Made by a program: the position numbers and the translations under genes
NCBI GenBank assembly: GCA_964454175.1
Contig: CAYVSA010000019.1
Span: 1 to 19,817, forward strand
Origin: an uncultured Pseudomonadota bacterium
GTDB lineage: Bacteria; BMS3Abin14
Length of the DNA stretch: 19,817 bases
Reading direction: 5' to 3'
Part shown: in pieces, positions 8,469-16,274 of the stretch
How the letters are laid out: each line of letters begins with the position of its first letter
How positions within the stretch are numbered: the first letter of the stretch is position 1
The notes under the pieces: model-generated
Database searches by the model: none
Told to the model about the DNA's origin: nothing
The model's input: only the letters and a program-made list of their open reading frames with translations

Positions 8469-9404
8469 ATGAAGCTGACTGCTTTAAGACCCATAGCCCT
8501 GACACTTGCCAGGGAGCTTTTTATCACCGCACTCCTGCTTCTAGGTGTGAGCTTCGTTGTGTTCGTTATTCTATATCTTGCCCCCGGTGACCCATTCACT
8601 ACCCTGCTCCAGGGACAGATGAGCACAGGGGGAAGCACTCCCGCGACGTGGTACGGCCAGTACCTGTCGTGGCTGGGTGAGATCGGCCAGGCCAATTTCG
8701 GAACATCCACCCGCACAGGGCTGCCCGTACTGAGTGAGATCATACGAGTCGGCATCAACACCCTCTACCTGACCATCGGCGCTATGCTCATAACCCTTGC
8801 CACAGCAGTGCCCATTGCTCTGGCATCCGCGAGGCAAGGCACCACGCCAGTAACCCTCCCACTTACCTTGTTCGCCTATGTCGTATCAGCTCTGCCGGTA
8901 TTCTGGTTAGGCTACATCGTCATATATGTATCCACACACAGCTTCGGCTACTTTCCCGTGTCAGTGGGTTATTCTTCTTCCGGGCACCCGGGAGTGGCTT
9001 CCTTCCTACTGCCCATAGCAGTTCTGGGGCTGGGAAATGGGACCATAAGTGAGGTTGTACGATACCTCAGGGAGGAAATGGAGCGTGTGTTTTCTGAAGA
9101 CTACATTCGCGCAGCTGCGGCCAGGGGAAGTTCCATTTGGAAACACTCCTTCAAGGAGGGATTCCTCATCCCCATCACACAGATAATAGCATCCAAGATC
9201 CCCTTCATCCTCGGAGGAGCTGTTGTTGTGGAACAGGTATTTAACTGGCCAGGGATGGGACGGATGGCCTGGCAGGCTGCCCAGGACAGAGACTACCCGA
9301 TAATCATGGGCATCGCCATCATGGCAGCGGTAATTGTCAGGATGGGGAGTCTACTGCAAAGAGTCGTCTACGTAATGGTCAACCCAAGGGCTTCCCAGGA
9401 ATAG
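8469..9404 (+). CDS. Peptide ABC transporter permease (OppB/DppB-like)
   Basis: 'LAPGDP', 'QYLSWL', EAA-loop 'SEDYIRAAAARG', 'GGAVVVEQVFNWPGMGR', 'RDYPII'. Confidence 0.93.
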   Translation: MKLTALRPIALTLARELFITALLLLGVSFVVFVILYLAPGDPFTTLLQGQMSTGGSTPATWYGQYLSWLGEIGQANFGTSTRTGLPVLSEIIRVGINTLYLTIGAMLITLATAVPIALASARQGTTPVTLPLTLFAYVVSALPVFWLGYIVIYVSTHSFGYFPVSVGYSSSGHPGVASFLLPIAVLGLGNGTISEVVRYLREEMERVFSEDYIRAAAARGSSIWKHSFKEGFLIPITQIIASKIPFILGGAVVVEQVFNWPGMGRMAWQAAQDRDYPIIMGIAIMAAVIVRMGSLLQRVVYVMVNPRASQE

Positions 9405-9425
9405 CGGCAAAGGGACACTGAACCT

Positions 9426-10319
9426 ATGAAGCGATATACGCAGGTGTCTGTTAAAGTCCCGGATTTTTCGGATCTTCCCTTCTGGAAGAAAACGGACACG
9501 CGGGATCTCATATACGTGGGGTACGGTCTTTTTATCCTGGCGCTTGTGGTAGTCTCCTACCTGTTGGGGGCGCTTAACATGCTGCCGGCCGATCCCCAGG
9601 AGATAAACCTGGGCCTGATGATGGCACCTCCGGGAACTGCCGGCCATCTGTTGGGCACGGACTTCATGGGCAGGGATATACTTGCCAGGCTCATCCTTGG
9701 CATCCAGGCTTATTTTCTTCCCGGTCTGCTCGCTATTTCCATAGCACTGTTTTTCGGCACGCTGGTCGGCGTCCTTTCCGGATACTGGGGTGGGCTTCTT
9801 GAAACCATCTCAAACTATTTTTCCAATCTCGTGGACTCATTTCCCAGGCTGGTCATCATCCTCCTCGTAGTTGCTGCATTCAAACCGGATATGTACTTCA
9901 TAATGATCGTCGTAGGCATAACCAATATCCCGGTAGTGGCCCTGCTGATCAGGGACAAGATACTGTTCCTCAAACAGAAGAGTTACATAGAGGCGGCAAC
10001 TGCCCTGGGGCTCGGCAGTCGGGTGATAATCCTGAAACACATACTCTGGCATAATTGCCGGTCAGTTCTCATCATTCAGGCAACCCTTGGCATGGCCGAG
10101 GCAATACTGATCGAATCCAGTTTGAGTTACCTGGGCTTCGGTGTGCAGGAACCTGTTCCGTCATGGGGAAACATGGTCCAGGCCGGAGCAAATTATTTCA
10201 TGCAGGGTAATTTCTGGCCTTCAACAGCTCCAGCACTTGCTATTTTATTCGCGATCATGGGCCTGCACCTCCTCGGTGACGGTCTCAACAACATTCTTGA
10301 GTGGAAGAGAACAGCATGA
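9426..10319 (+). CDS. Peptide ABC transporter permease (OppC/DppC-like)
   Basis: 'HLLGTDFMGRDILARL', EAA motif 'YIEAATALG', 'ESSLSYLGFG..P.PSWG.M', 'LLGDGL'. Confidence 0.95.
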   Translation: MKRYTQVSVKVPDFSDLPFWKKTDTRDLIYVGYGLFILALVVVSYLLGALNMLPADPQEINLGLMMAPPGTAGHLLGTDFMGRDILARLILGIQAYFLPGLLAISIALFFGTLVGVLSGYWGGLLETISNYFSNLVDSFPRLVIILLVVAAFKPDMYFIMIVVGITNIPVVALLIRDKILFLKQKSYIEAATALGLGSRVIILKHILWHNCRSVLIIQATLGMAEAILIESSLSYLGFGVQEPVPSWGNMVQAGANYFMQGNFWPSTAPALAILFAIMGLHLLGDGLNNILEWKRTA

Positions 10320-11416
10320 GCGAGCAGCCTGTTCTCAAAATAAGAGACCTTCGGACCTACTTCTTTTCAAGGAGCAAGCAGGTCTTCATCAGGTCAGTCG
10401 ACGGAGTTGACCTGCAGGTGAATCGCGGAAAAACGCTGGGCATTGTCGGGGAGAGCGGCAGCGGCAAGAGCGTCACCGCCTTGTCCGTACTCGGCCTTGT
10501 GAAGACTGAACCGGGCGTAATTACTGGAACAGCAGAATTCTCCCTCAACGGGACAACACTGGATCTGCTTCAGTCCCTGGACAAATTCGTCCACACAAGT
10601 GAAACCGACGGAAGAATTATGGACGTTGAAAAAGACAACCGGGGATGGCAAAAGAATGTCGACCAGCAGATGGAAAACATCCGCGGCCGGGAAATATCCA
10701 TGATCTTTCAAAACCCCAAAGTCTCCCTCAATCCATTCATGAGGATAGGGAAACAGATCACCGAGTCGATCCTGCTCAACACCGGCATCACCAGCGAAGC
10801 AGAGGCCTCATCCAGAGCCAGATACTGGCTGGAACAGGTTAAGATCGATTCTCCGAACCTCCGGATGAGCAATTTTCCCTATGGTCTTTCAGGCGGCATG
10901 TGTCAAAGGGCCATGATAGCAATGGCCCTTTCATCGGAACCCGCGCTGCTTATTGCCGACGAACCAACAACTGGACTCGATTCCACGATACAGTCGAAGA
11001 TCGTTGATCTCCTTGTGGACCTGAAGGGGGAAGTGGGAGTTACGACGATGCTCATATCCCATGACATTAACATCATTTCCCGGCTGTCGGACGAAGTGGC
11101 GGTGATGTACGGAGGGACTGTGCTCGAATCAGGCCCTGTCTCCCATATCCTGTCCCTTGCTCACGAATATAAACACCCGTATACGGCCGCACTTTTAGAG
11201 TCAATACCTGACAAACACCAGATCAGGATGAAAGGGCACCTCAAAGCTATTAAAGGGGATGTTTTAGACACCGTTAATATACCGGCAGGGTGCAGGTACT
11301 TCGCCCGGTGCAGCCGGACTAACGACAGGATCGAGGAGAAGTGCCGGACAGCTGAGCCGCCGCTTTCCGAGGTTCTACCGGGACGGCAGATCAGGTGCTG
11401 GCTGTATACTGACTGA
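10316..11416 (+). CDS. Peptide ABC transporter ATP-binding protein (OppD/DppD-like)
   Basis: ATGA overlap with the permease stop. Walker A GESGSGKS, signature LSGGMCQR, Walker B LLIADEPTT, HPYT motif and four C-terminal Cys. Confidence 0.95.
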   Translation: MSEQPVLKIRDLRTYFFSRSKQVFIRSVDGVDLQVNRGKTLGIVGESGSGKSVTALSVLGLVKTEPGVITGTAEFSLNGTTLDLLQSLDKFVHTSETDGRIMDVEKDNRGWQKNVDQQMENIRGREISMIFQNPKVSLNPFMRIGKQITESILLNTGITSEAEASSRARYWLEQVKIDSPNLRMSNFPYGLSGGMCQRAMIAMALSSEPALLIADEPTTGLDSTIQSKIVDLLVDLKGEVGVTTMLISHDINIISRLSDEVAVMYGGTVLESGPVSHILSLAHEYKHPYTAALLESIPDKHQIRMKGHLKAIKGDVLDTVNIPAGCRYFARCSRTNDRIEEKCRTAEPPLSEVLPGRQIRCWLYTD

Positions 11417-11442
11417 CAGCCCGGAGCAACCAGGGAGAAATT

Positions 11443-12447
11443 TTGTCCAGGACAATACTGGAAGTTGAAGACATCAAGAAGCACTATGCCCAGCAAAGGG
11501 GCGTTTTTTCCGTATTCCGACCGGAGGAAAAAGTCATTCCTGCAGTTGACGGAGTGAGTTTCTATATAAAGGAAAATGAAACCATGGGGCTGGTAGGCGA
11601 GTCAGGCTGCGGCAAGACTACCGTGGGGAGATCGATCCTGCGGCTGACCTCCCTGACCTCCGGAAGGATACTCTTTGAGGGTCAGGACATAACGACAATG
11701 CCCGCGGGCAGATTTCAGCCCGTCAGGAAACAGATGCAAATGATCTTTCAGGACCTGGACGCCGCCCTGAACCCGAAAATGAGGATCCGCTCGATCCTTC
11801 GGGAAGCCGTGACCGTTTTTCACAAGCTTACCGACTCCGAGGCAGACTCGAAAGTCGCCGGGTTGCTGGACATGGTCAACCTGAAAGGATCAAAGCTGAC
11901 TTCTTACCCGCATGAGTTATCCGGTGGCGAAAAGCGCCGTGTGGGAATAGCAAGAGCTCTGGCTGTAGGCGCGAAATTCCTGGTGGCAGACGAACCCACC
12001 AGCGCCCTTGATGTTTCCATCCAGGCACAGATAGTAAATCTTCTGCGCGACCTTCAGGAGGAACTTAAACTCTCATACCTTTTCATTTCCCACGACCTCA
12101 GAGTAGTGGAGCTGATGAGCCACAAGGTTGCTGTTATGTACCTCGGCAAGATCGTGGAAATGGGGCTTGCCGGCCGAATAGTTCACAGCCCCCGACATCC
12201 ATACACAGATATTCTCTGGTCTTCCCTCGTGGACAAACACAGCCTGGAGGCCTCGCCGGTAAGTACTCTGCGAAGCGACTGGGGTGTGTTCGACTTCGAA
12301 CGGCCTGCCGCCGGATGCCGATTCGCTCCCCGATGCCCTGTTTACAGGGATAAAGGCAGGCCTGACATCTGCACAAACCCGGAATCTGAGCCTGCCCTCG
12401 AGGATATCGGCGACACCCACAGGGTGGCGTGTCACTTCCCGCTCTAA
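11443..12447 (+). CDS. Peptide ABC transporter ATP-binding protein (OppF/DppF-like)
   Basis: TTG start after AGGGAG. Walker [39 protein letters not shown]-terminal CRFAPRC...C...VACHF. Confidence 0.95.
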   Translation: MSRTILEVEDIKKHYAQQRGVFSVFRPEEKVIPAVDGVSFYIKENETMGLVGESGCGKTTVGRSILRLTSLTSGRILFEGQDITTMPAGRFQPVRKQMQMIFQDLDAALNPKMRIRSILREAVTVFHKLTDSEADSKVAGLLDMVNLKGSKLTSYPHELSGGEKRRVGIARALAVGAKFLVADEPTSALDVSIQAQIVNLLRDLQEELKLSYLFISHDLRVVELMSHKVAVMYLGKIVEMGLAGRIVHSPRHPYTDILWSSLVDKHSLEASPVSTLRSDWGVFDFERPAAGCRFAPRCPVYRDKGRPDICTNPESEPALEDIGDTHRVACHFPL

Positions 12448-12449
12448 AA

Positions 12450-12487
12450 AAAGGTGTCAGAGCAAGCTAATAAAGGTGTCAGAGCAA
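12450..12487. repeat. 16-bp perfect direct repeat AAAGGTGTCAGAGCAA, two copies with 22-bp period
   Basis: Copies at 12450-12465 and 12472-12487. Confidence 0.85.
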
Positions 12488-12500
12488 ACCAAAAAACACA

Positions 12501-12538
12501 AAAAAAACCCCGGAAGCAGAACTTCCGGGGCTCTTTTT
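12501..12538. terminator. Bidirectional intrinsic terminator between convergent oppF-like and csp genes
   Basis: Stem CCCCGGAAG-CAGAA-CTTCCGGGG (12508-12530) with A-tract upstream and T-rich tract downstream. Confidence 0.88.
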
Positions 12539-12559
12539 ATTGTTGACTGTTATTATAGA

Positions 12560-12760
12560 TTACAGGGCAACAACGTTGCTGGCCTGTGGGCCCTTGGGAC
12601 CTTCTTCGACTTCGAAGCTCACACGCTGGCCTTCGTTGAGGGTCTTGAAACCCTCCGACTGAATGGCCGAAAAGTGTACAAACACATCCGGACCTTCAGC
12701 CTGCTCGATGAATCCAAAACCCTTTGCCTCGTTAAACCACTTTACTGTTCCTTCTGCCAT
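12560..12760 (-). CDS. csp: Cold-shock protein (CspA family)
   Basis: GTVKWFN..KGFGFI (RNP1), DVFVHFSAI (RNP2), [19 protein letters not shown] upstream. Confidence 0.98.
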   Translation of the reverse strand: MAEGTVKWFNEAKGFGFIEQAEGPDVFVHFSAIQSEGFKTLNEGQRVSFEVEEGPKGPQASNVVAL

Positions 12761-12819
12761 GTTACTTCTCCTTTTCTTTCCATTCTTTTGCAGGCCACCG
12801 GACCATCTTCAAGGGCTCG

Positions 12820-12853
12820 AAAAAAAAGATCCAGAACGAATAGCTCTGGACCC
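12820..12853 (-). terminator. Terminator-like hairpin inside the predicted csp leader
   Basis: Minus strand GGGTCCAGAG-CTATTCG-TTCTGGATCT followed by a T run. Confidence 0.6.
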
Positions 12854-12928
12854 CTTATCGTTTCCCATTAAGCTTTTCCGTGCCTACAAATCCTGTTCTG
12901 CCGGGGCAAATTCTCACCGACGCGTCAC

Positions 12929-12957
12929 CTTATACGATATCCCAAACATAAGTGCAA
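12929..12957 (-). promoter_or_regulatory. Sigma70-type promoter for csp
   Basis: Minus strand TTGCAC-N17-TATAAG, implying a 5' UTR of about 160 nt as is typical of csp genes. Confidence 0.6.
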
Positions 12958-12965
12958 GTATTTTT

Positions 12966-14186
12966 TTAGGCACTGTTTGAGTCATCGACCTTGCCGTAAA
13001 GATCCATATCAGCCTGTTTGAGAAGTGTATCGATGGAAACTGGAGCTACTGGATCAAACTCCGTGGCCCCTATACTCACAGAGATCTTATAGTCTTCCAG
13101 CGTAACACTGTTCCGTGAATCCATAAGCTGATGAACCCGGGCAACAGCAAGGTCCCTGTGGACCATTGATGATTTTGGCATAAAGACTACGAACTCATCA
13201 CCTCCGTACCTGGCCACAATATCCGAACCCCTCACCGAAGACAGGAGCACTTCTGTCACCGATCTCAGGACTTTGTCCCCTTCGTCGTGCCCATAATTAT
13301 CGTTAATGAATTTCATCCCGTCCACATCCACGAACAGTAGGAGCGCCTTTTCAGAGAAGCGTTCGGCTGTCTCCAACTGGTTGTCTACGAGTGCGTTGAA
13401 AGCCCGCCTGTTATTAAGCCCGGTGAGTTCGTCAACCAGGGCCAGTCCACGGTACTTTTCAACTTCGCGATTCTTCTCTCTGAAGTAAAGACTGATTCCT
13501 GTGAACATCCCGGCACCGAGAATCCATATTGTAACCAGCGCCAACGAGCTCTGGCGGCGAAAATCTGACCGAGATTTTAAAAGAGCGTCAACCGGAAAGC
13601 TCACACTGATACCGCCCCTTATATCCCCTACACTGTATCCCTGGCTCCCGTGGCACTCCAGACAGCTTTTTTCAACTGTCAGTGGCTTCATGTACCTGAA
13701 GAAGTCTCTGCCGCTTTCATCTGCAAAGCCATACCTCACCTTTTTTCCCTCTTCAAAGGCCTTGAGAGAGGCTTTTTCCCAGTCAGAAGGTGTGTTCTCC
13801 GGTCTTAACGGGTTCAGACTTGTAATGTGAACACTTATATCGTGCCGTACTCTACCGATCTCGCCGACCTGCCTTGTCATGAAGGCGGGATTTATCAGGG
13901 TATACATCTGGCCGTCACGTGTGAATATGTCCCTGTAGGGAACTCCCAGGTAGGGGTTGGGCTGGGTCTTTTCATCAACCTTGACGTATACACCACCGTG
14001 ATCTGAATTCCAGCTTCTCATGTCCACAACCTGCTGAAACAAAGCTTCAGCCTGGGAAATGTTCACCCTTTCGACCTGCTCATCCTCCCTGAGGTTAACC
14101 CACCAGAAAATAGAGAATACCAGGATGGCCCAGAGTGCGATAAAAATAATGATGTTTGCTTTTATGTTTTTCTTCAAGTAATTCAC
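12966..14186 (-). CDS. Membrane diguanylate cyclase with periplasmic c-type heme sensor (DUF3365/Tll0287-like)
   Basis: Two TM helices flank 'WN..HGGVYV...NPYL...LINPAFMTRQ...TSLNPLRPEN.P..WE' and the heme motif CLECH. GGDEF domain has DELTGLNNRR, DVDGMKFINDNYGHDEGD, I-site RGSD and ARYGGDEF. Confidence 0.92.
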   Translation of the reverse strand: MNYLKKNIKANIIIFIALWAILVFSIFWWVNLREDEQVERVNISQAEALFQQVVDMRSWNSDHGGVYVKVDEKTQPNPYLGVPYRDIFTRDGQMYTLINPAFMTRQVGEIGRVRHDISVHITSLNPLRPENTPSDWEKASLKAFEEGKKVRYGFADESGRDFFRYMKPLTVEKSCLECHGSQGYSVGDIRGGISVSFPVDALLKSRSDFRRQSSLALVTIWILGAGMFTGISLYFREKNREVEKYRGLALVDELTGLNNRRAFNALVDNQLETAERFSEKALLLFVDVDGMKFINDNYGHDEGDKVLRSVTEVLLSSVRGSDIVARYGGDEFVVFMPKSSMVHRDLAVARVHQLMDSRNSVTLEDYKISVSIGATEFDPVAPVSIDTLLKQADMDLYGKVDDSNSA

Positions 14187-14284
14187 CAGTTTATATCAGT
14201 TCGAAGTATTACTGCTAATTTTAACAGATTACACAACGGTGTTTCCAGACTTTTCTCAGTTTGTGGACAAACACATGTTTTCCT

Positions 14285-14590
14285 CTAATCGTGTTCAATT
14301 TTTCTTAGGGCTTCCGCATATTGTCTCATTGCCCTCCCTACTGCATCAGATATGTCTTTTTTCACTTTTTTCCTCTCGGTTGGCCTGTGAACAGGAATTT
14401 CACGAGGATGCACCTTTTGCCGCGTTCTGCTCCTGACCTCCACATCGGACAGACTACGCCTGTCTATGACGTAATTGCGTCCGACCTTGTATGCCTCGAT
14501 CTGGCCCTTCTGGATCTTCTTGAAAACCGCAATTCGGCTAATCCCGAGTATTTGGGCTGCTTCAGTTGTGCCGATCAGGTGATCCTTCAT
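14285..14590 (-). CDS. Excisionase-like (HTH_17/MerR-type) DNA-binding protein with antitoxin-like C-terminal helix
   Basis: 'IGTTEAAQILGISRIAVFKKIQKGQIEAYKVGRNYVID'; GGGAG RBS upstream. Confidence 0.85.
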   Translation of the reverse strand: MKDHLIGTTEAAQILGISRIAVFKKIQKGQIEAYKVGRNYVIDRRSLSDVEVRSRTRQKVHPREIPVHRPTERKKVKKDISDAVGRAMRQYAEALRKIEHD

Positions 14591-14623
14591 ATCATCTCCC
14601 TGAAACTTTTCTTTATTTAACTC

Positions 14624-14706
14624 ATGTTAACTAATGCTGAATAGGATTGTAAAGACAAATTTCATATAAGCTGATCTGCAAGCTTATCTTTACATATGTT
14701 AACTAA
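14624..14706. promoter_or_regulatory. AT-rich regulatory region with two ATGTTAACTAA direct repeats, nested inverted repeats and a putative minus-strand promoter
   Basis: ATGTTAACTAA at 14624-14634 and 14696-14706; TGTAAAGA/TCTTTACA and ATAAGCT/AGCTTAT inverted pairs between them; minus strand TTTACA-N18-TAACAT. Confidence 0.5.
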
Positions 14707-14779
14707 ACTCCCAAAATTTTTTCTGCCCAATAATCCAGGTTCTAATACTCTAATTTCCAGTGCCCTGGTGCAACACTTA

Positions 14780-15547
14780 TCAGTCTTGCTTCAAAACGGA
14801 GTACCCATCAGGCATCCTGGGCTCATTCATGAGGTTCATATCAGGCACTGGATACCTGTACATGCCCTTTTTCCGTAATGCCGCCAGACCCCCTGCCAAA
14901 GATTCAAATTTTGAACCTGGGATAATAAAGGACATCTCGTGATCCTGAGTGCCTGCAAATACCCTCTCCCCCGAGCCAGGGACGGTGTAAGTACACTCGC
15001 CGGACTGGCTAACGCCTGCGATCCACTCGGAACACCCGAAGCGCCCCGCTGAGCTTGATTTGATACCCGGACCGTAACCGTAATTCGCAGCCTGTATCAG
15101 TACCAGGATCTGTGCAGGAGTTCCGTATACAACTGATACATCTGGCACATATTCGCATCTGGCAAGGGGGGAGAACCATATCTCTCTGACTGCACCCTGG
15201 GGATGAATAGAGTAGCTTGCTTCCATTTTTCTGCCTGCTTCCACATCGTCCTGATACAGTCCTGCAACCGCCCCTTCCAGGAAAAGATCGGGTGGAATGT
15301 GCCCGGCTCCAACTGCAGCCACAGGGCAGGCGTGATCTTCACTACCCATAACTATGGTCCACCCGAATGTTCTGGCCATGTTCAGGCCCTGGCAGGCTGC
15401 GACTGGATTTCCCATATCCCTTAATGGCCTGCGATGCTTCTGCACTATTTCATCATTCTGTCCGGCCAGTTTAATGCCCACAGGATAAGTTGCCGAACGT
15501 ACATTTACTTCGAGCGCTTCCATCAGCTTTTTAGTGCCTTCTGGCAT
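14780..15547 (-). CDS. DUF169 family protein
   Basis: AGGAGG RBS precedes ATG 15547. 'PVGIKL', 'ACQ...AR..G', 'HACP', 'PDV.V.YG.P.Q...L..A', conserved Cys and 'GER.F....D.E....IP' fit DUF169. Confidence 0.8.
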   Translation of the reverse strand: MPEGTKKLMEALEVNVRSATYPVGIKLAGQNDEIVQKHRRPLRDMGNPVAACQGLNMARTFGWTIVMGSEDHACPVAAVGAGHIPPDLFLEGAVAGLYQDDVEAGRKMEASYSIHPQGAVREIWFSPLARCEYVPDVSVVYGTPAQILVLIQAANYGYGPGIKSSSAGRFGCSEWIAGVSQSGECTYTVPGSGERVFAGTQDHEMSFIIPGSKFESLAGGLAALRKKGMYRYPVPDMNLMNEPRMPDGYSVLKQD

Positions 15548-15595
15548 TGTGTCTCCTCCTGGGGGGGTGCAGTCAGTGCTCAATAGTTCCAGTTC

Positions 15596-15835
15596 TCAAG
15601 TTTCATCATCGATATCGTGGCTCAATGTACCGCTTTTTAGGATCTCCCTCGCTCGCTTCAGGTCCCTCTCCCTGACCTGGAGCATCACCTCCCCAAGGAC
15701 TCCAGGGTACAGGTCATGTGAGTGGGGAGCATGGATGAAAGCATATATCCCATCCCCTTCCAACAGGCTCTTTGCTAGCTCAGCCTCCAGGACCGAGCCG
15801 TGCGTCGAAACCGTTACCAGGGCCTCTTCATCCAT
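15596..15835 (-). CDS. DUF2007 family (putative signal-transducing) small protein
   Basis: 'EAELAKSLLEGDGIYAFI...GEVMLQVRERDLKRAREIL'. Confidence 0.88.
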   Translation of the reverse strand: MDEEALVTVSTHGSVLEAELAKSLLEGDGIYAFIHAPHSHDLYPGVLGEVMLQVRERDLKRAREILKSGTLSHDIDDET

Positions 15836-15838
15836 GAA

Positions 15839-16225
15839 TCATCCCCCGGGCAGCGGCGGGGAGACTTCGCCCACGGCCAGGAGTTCCATCACATCGATCT
15901 CCAGCTTGTCCATCGTAACCTGCAGAGCCTTGTTCTTGAATTTTTCTTCGTCAGCCCAGTCCGCAGATTCGCCCAGGTCCTCCCGGCCATCTTCACCATA
16001 GACATACAGGGAACGCTTTGCCTCCCCCTCCTGGCCGCCAGACGGGTCAAATTCTGAAGTTACAAAAAGGCGTGCAAGATCAGTTTCAGTCTCGTGAACC
16101 GCCATGATGTATTGGTAGCGAACGTCCTGGTCCGTTTCGATCCTGTGCCAGTATATGGCTGTAAATCTGCCAAGCTTGAATTCGCTCTTTCGCTCCGCAT
16201 ACAACATTCTTGGCGCGATCTTCAT
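15839..16225 (-). CDS. Hypothetical protein (paralogue of 19124-19519)
   Basis: TAAGGAG RBS 6 nt before ATG 16225; clear similarity to the ORF at 19124-19519. Confidence 0.8.
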   Translation of the reverse strand: MKIAPRMLYAERKSEFKLGRFTAIYWHRIETDQDVRYQYIMAVHETETDLARLFVTSEFDPSGGQEGEAKRSLYVYGEDGREDLGESADWADEEKFKNKALQVTMDKLEIDVMELLAVGEVSPPLPGG

Positions 16226-16274
16226 CAGCTGCTCCTTATCCTGCAATTCTGTCCTTAGAGATACCAGGGGATCA

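Noticed and set aside
7922-8761. 279-aa antisense ORF (also 572-1126, 4174-4782, 7214-7717, 12284-12871, 15534-16001, 17351-17824)
   Set aside because: Shadow ORFs overlapping well-supported genes, with no recognisable motifs.
12900-12930. c-di-GMP-I riboswitch near the GGDEF gene (GGGCAAA...GACGC)
   Set aside because: Lacks the GNRA-capped stem and downstream P2 elements, and lies on the strand opposite to the adjacent genes.
14190-14760. Prophage or integrative element implied by the excisionase-like gene
   Set aside because: No integrase, tRNA, att-like flanking repeats or phage genes in the window.
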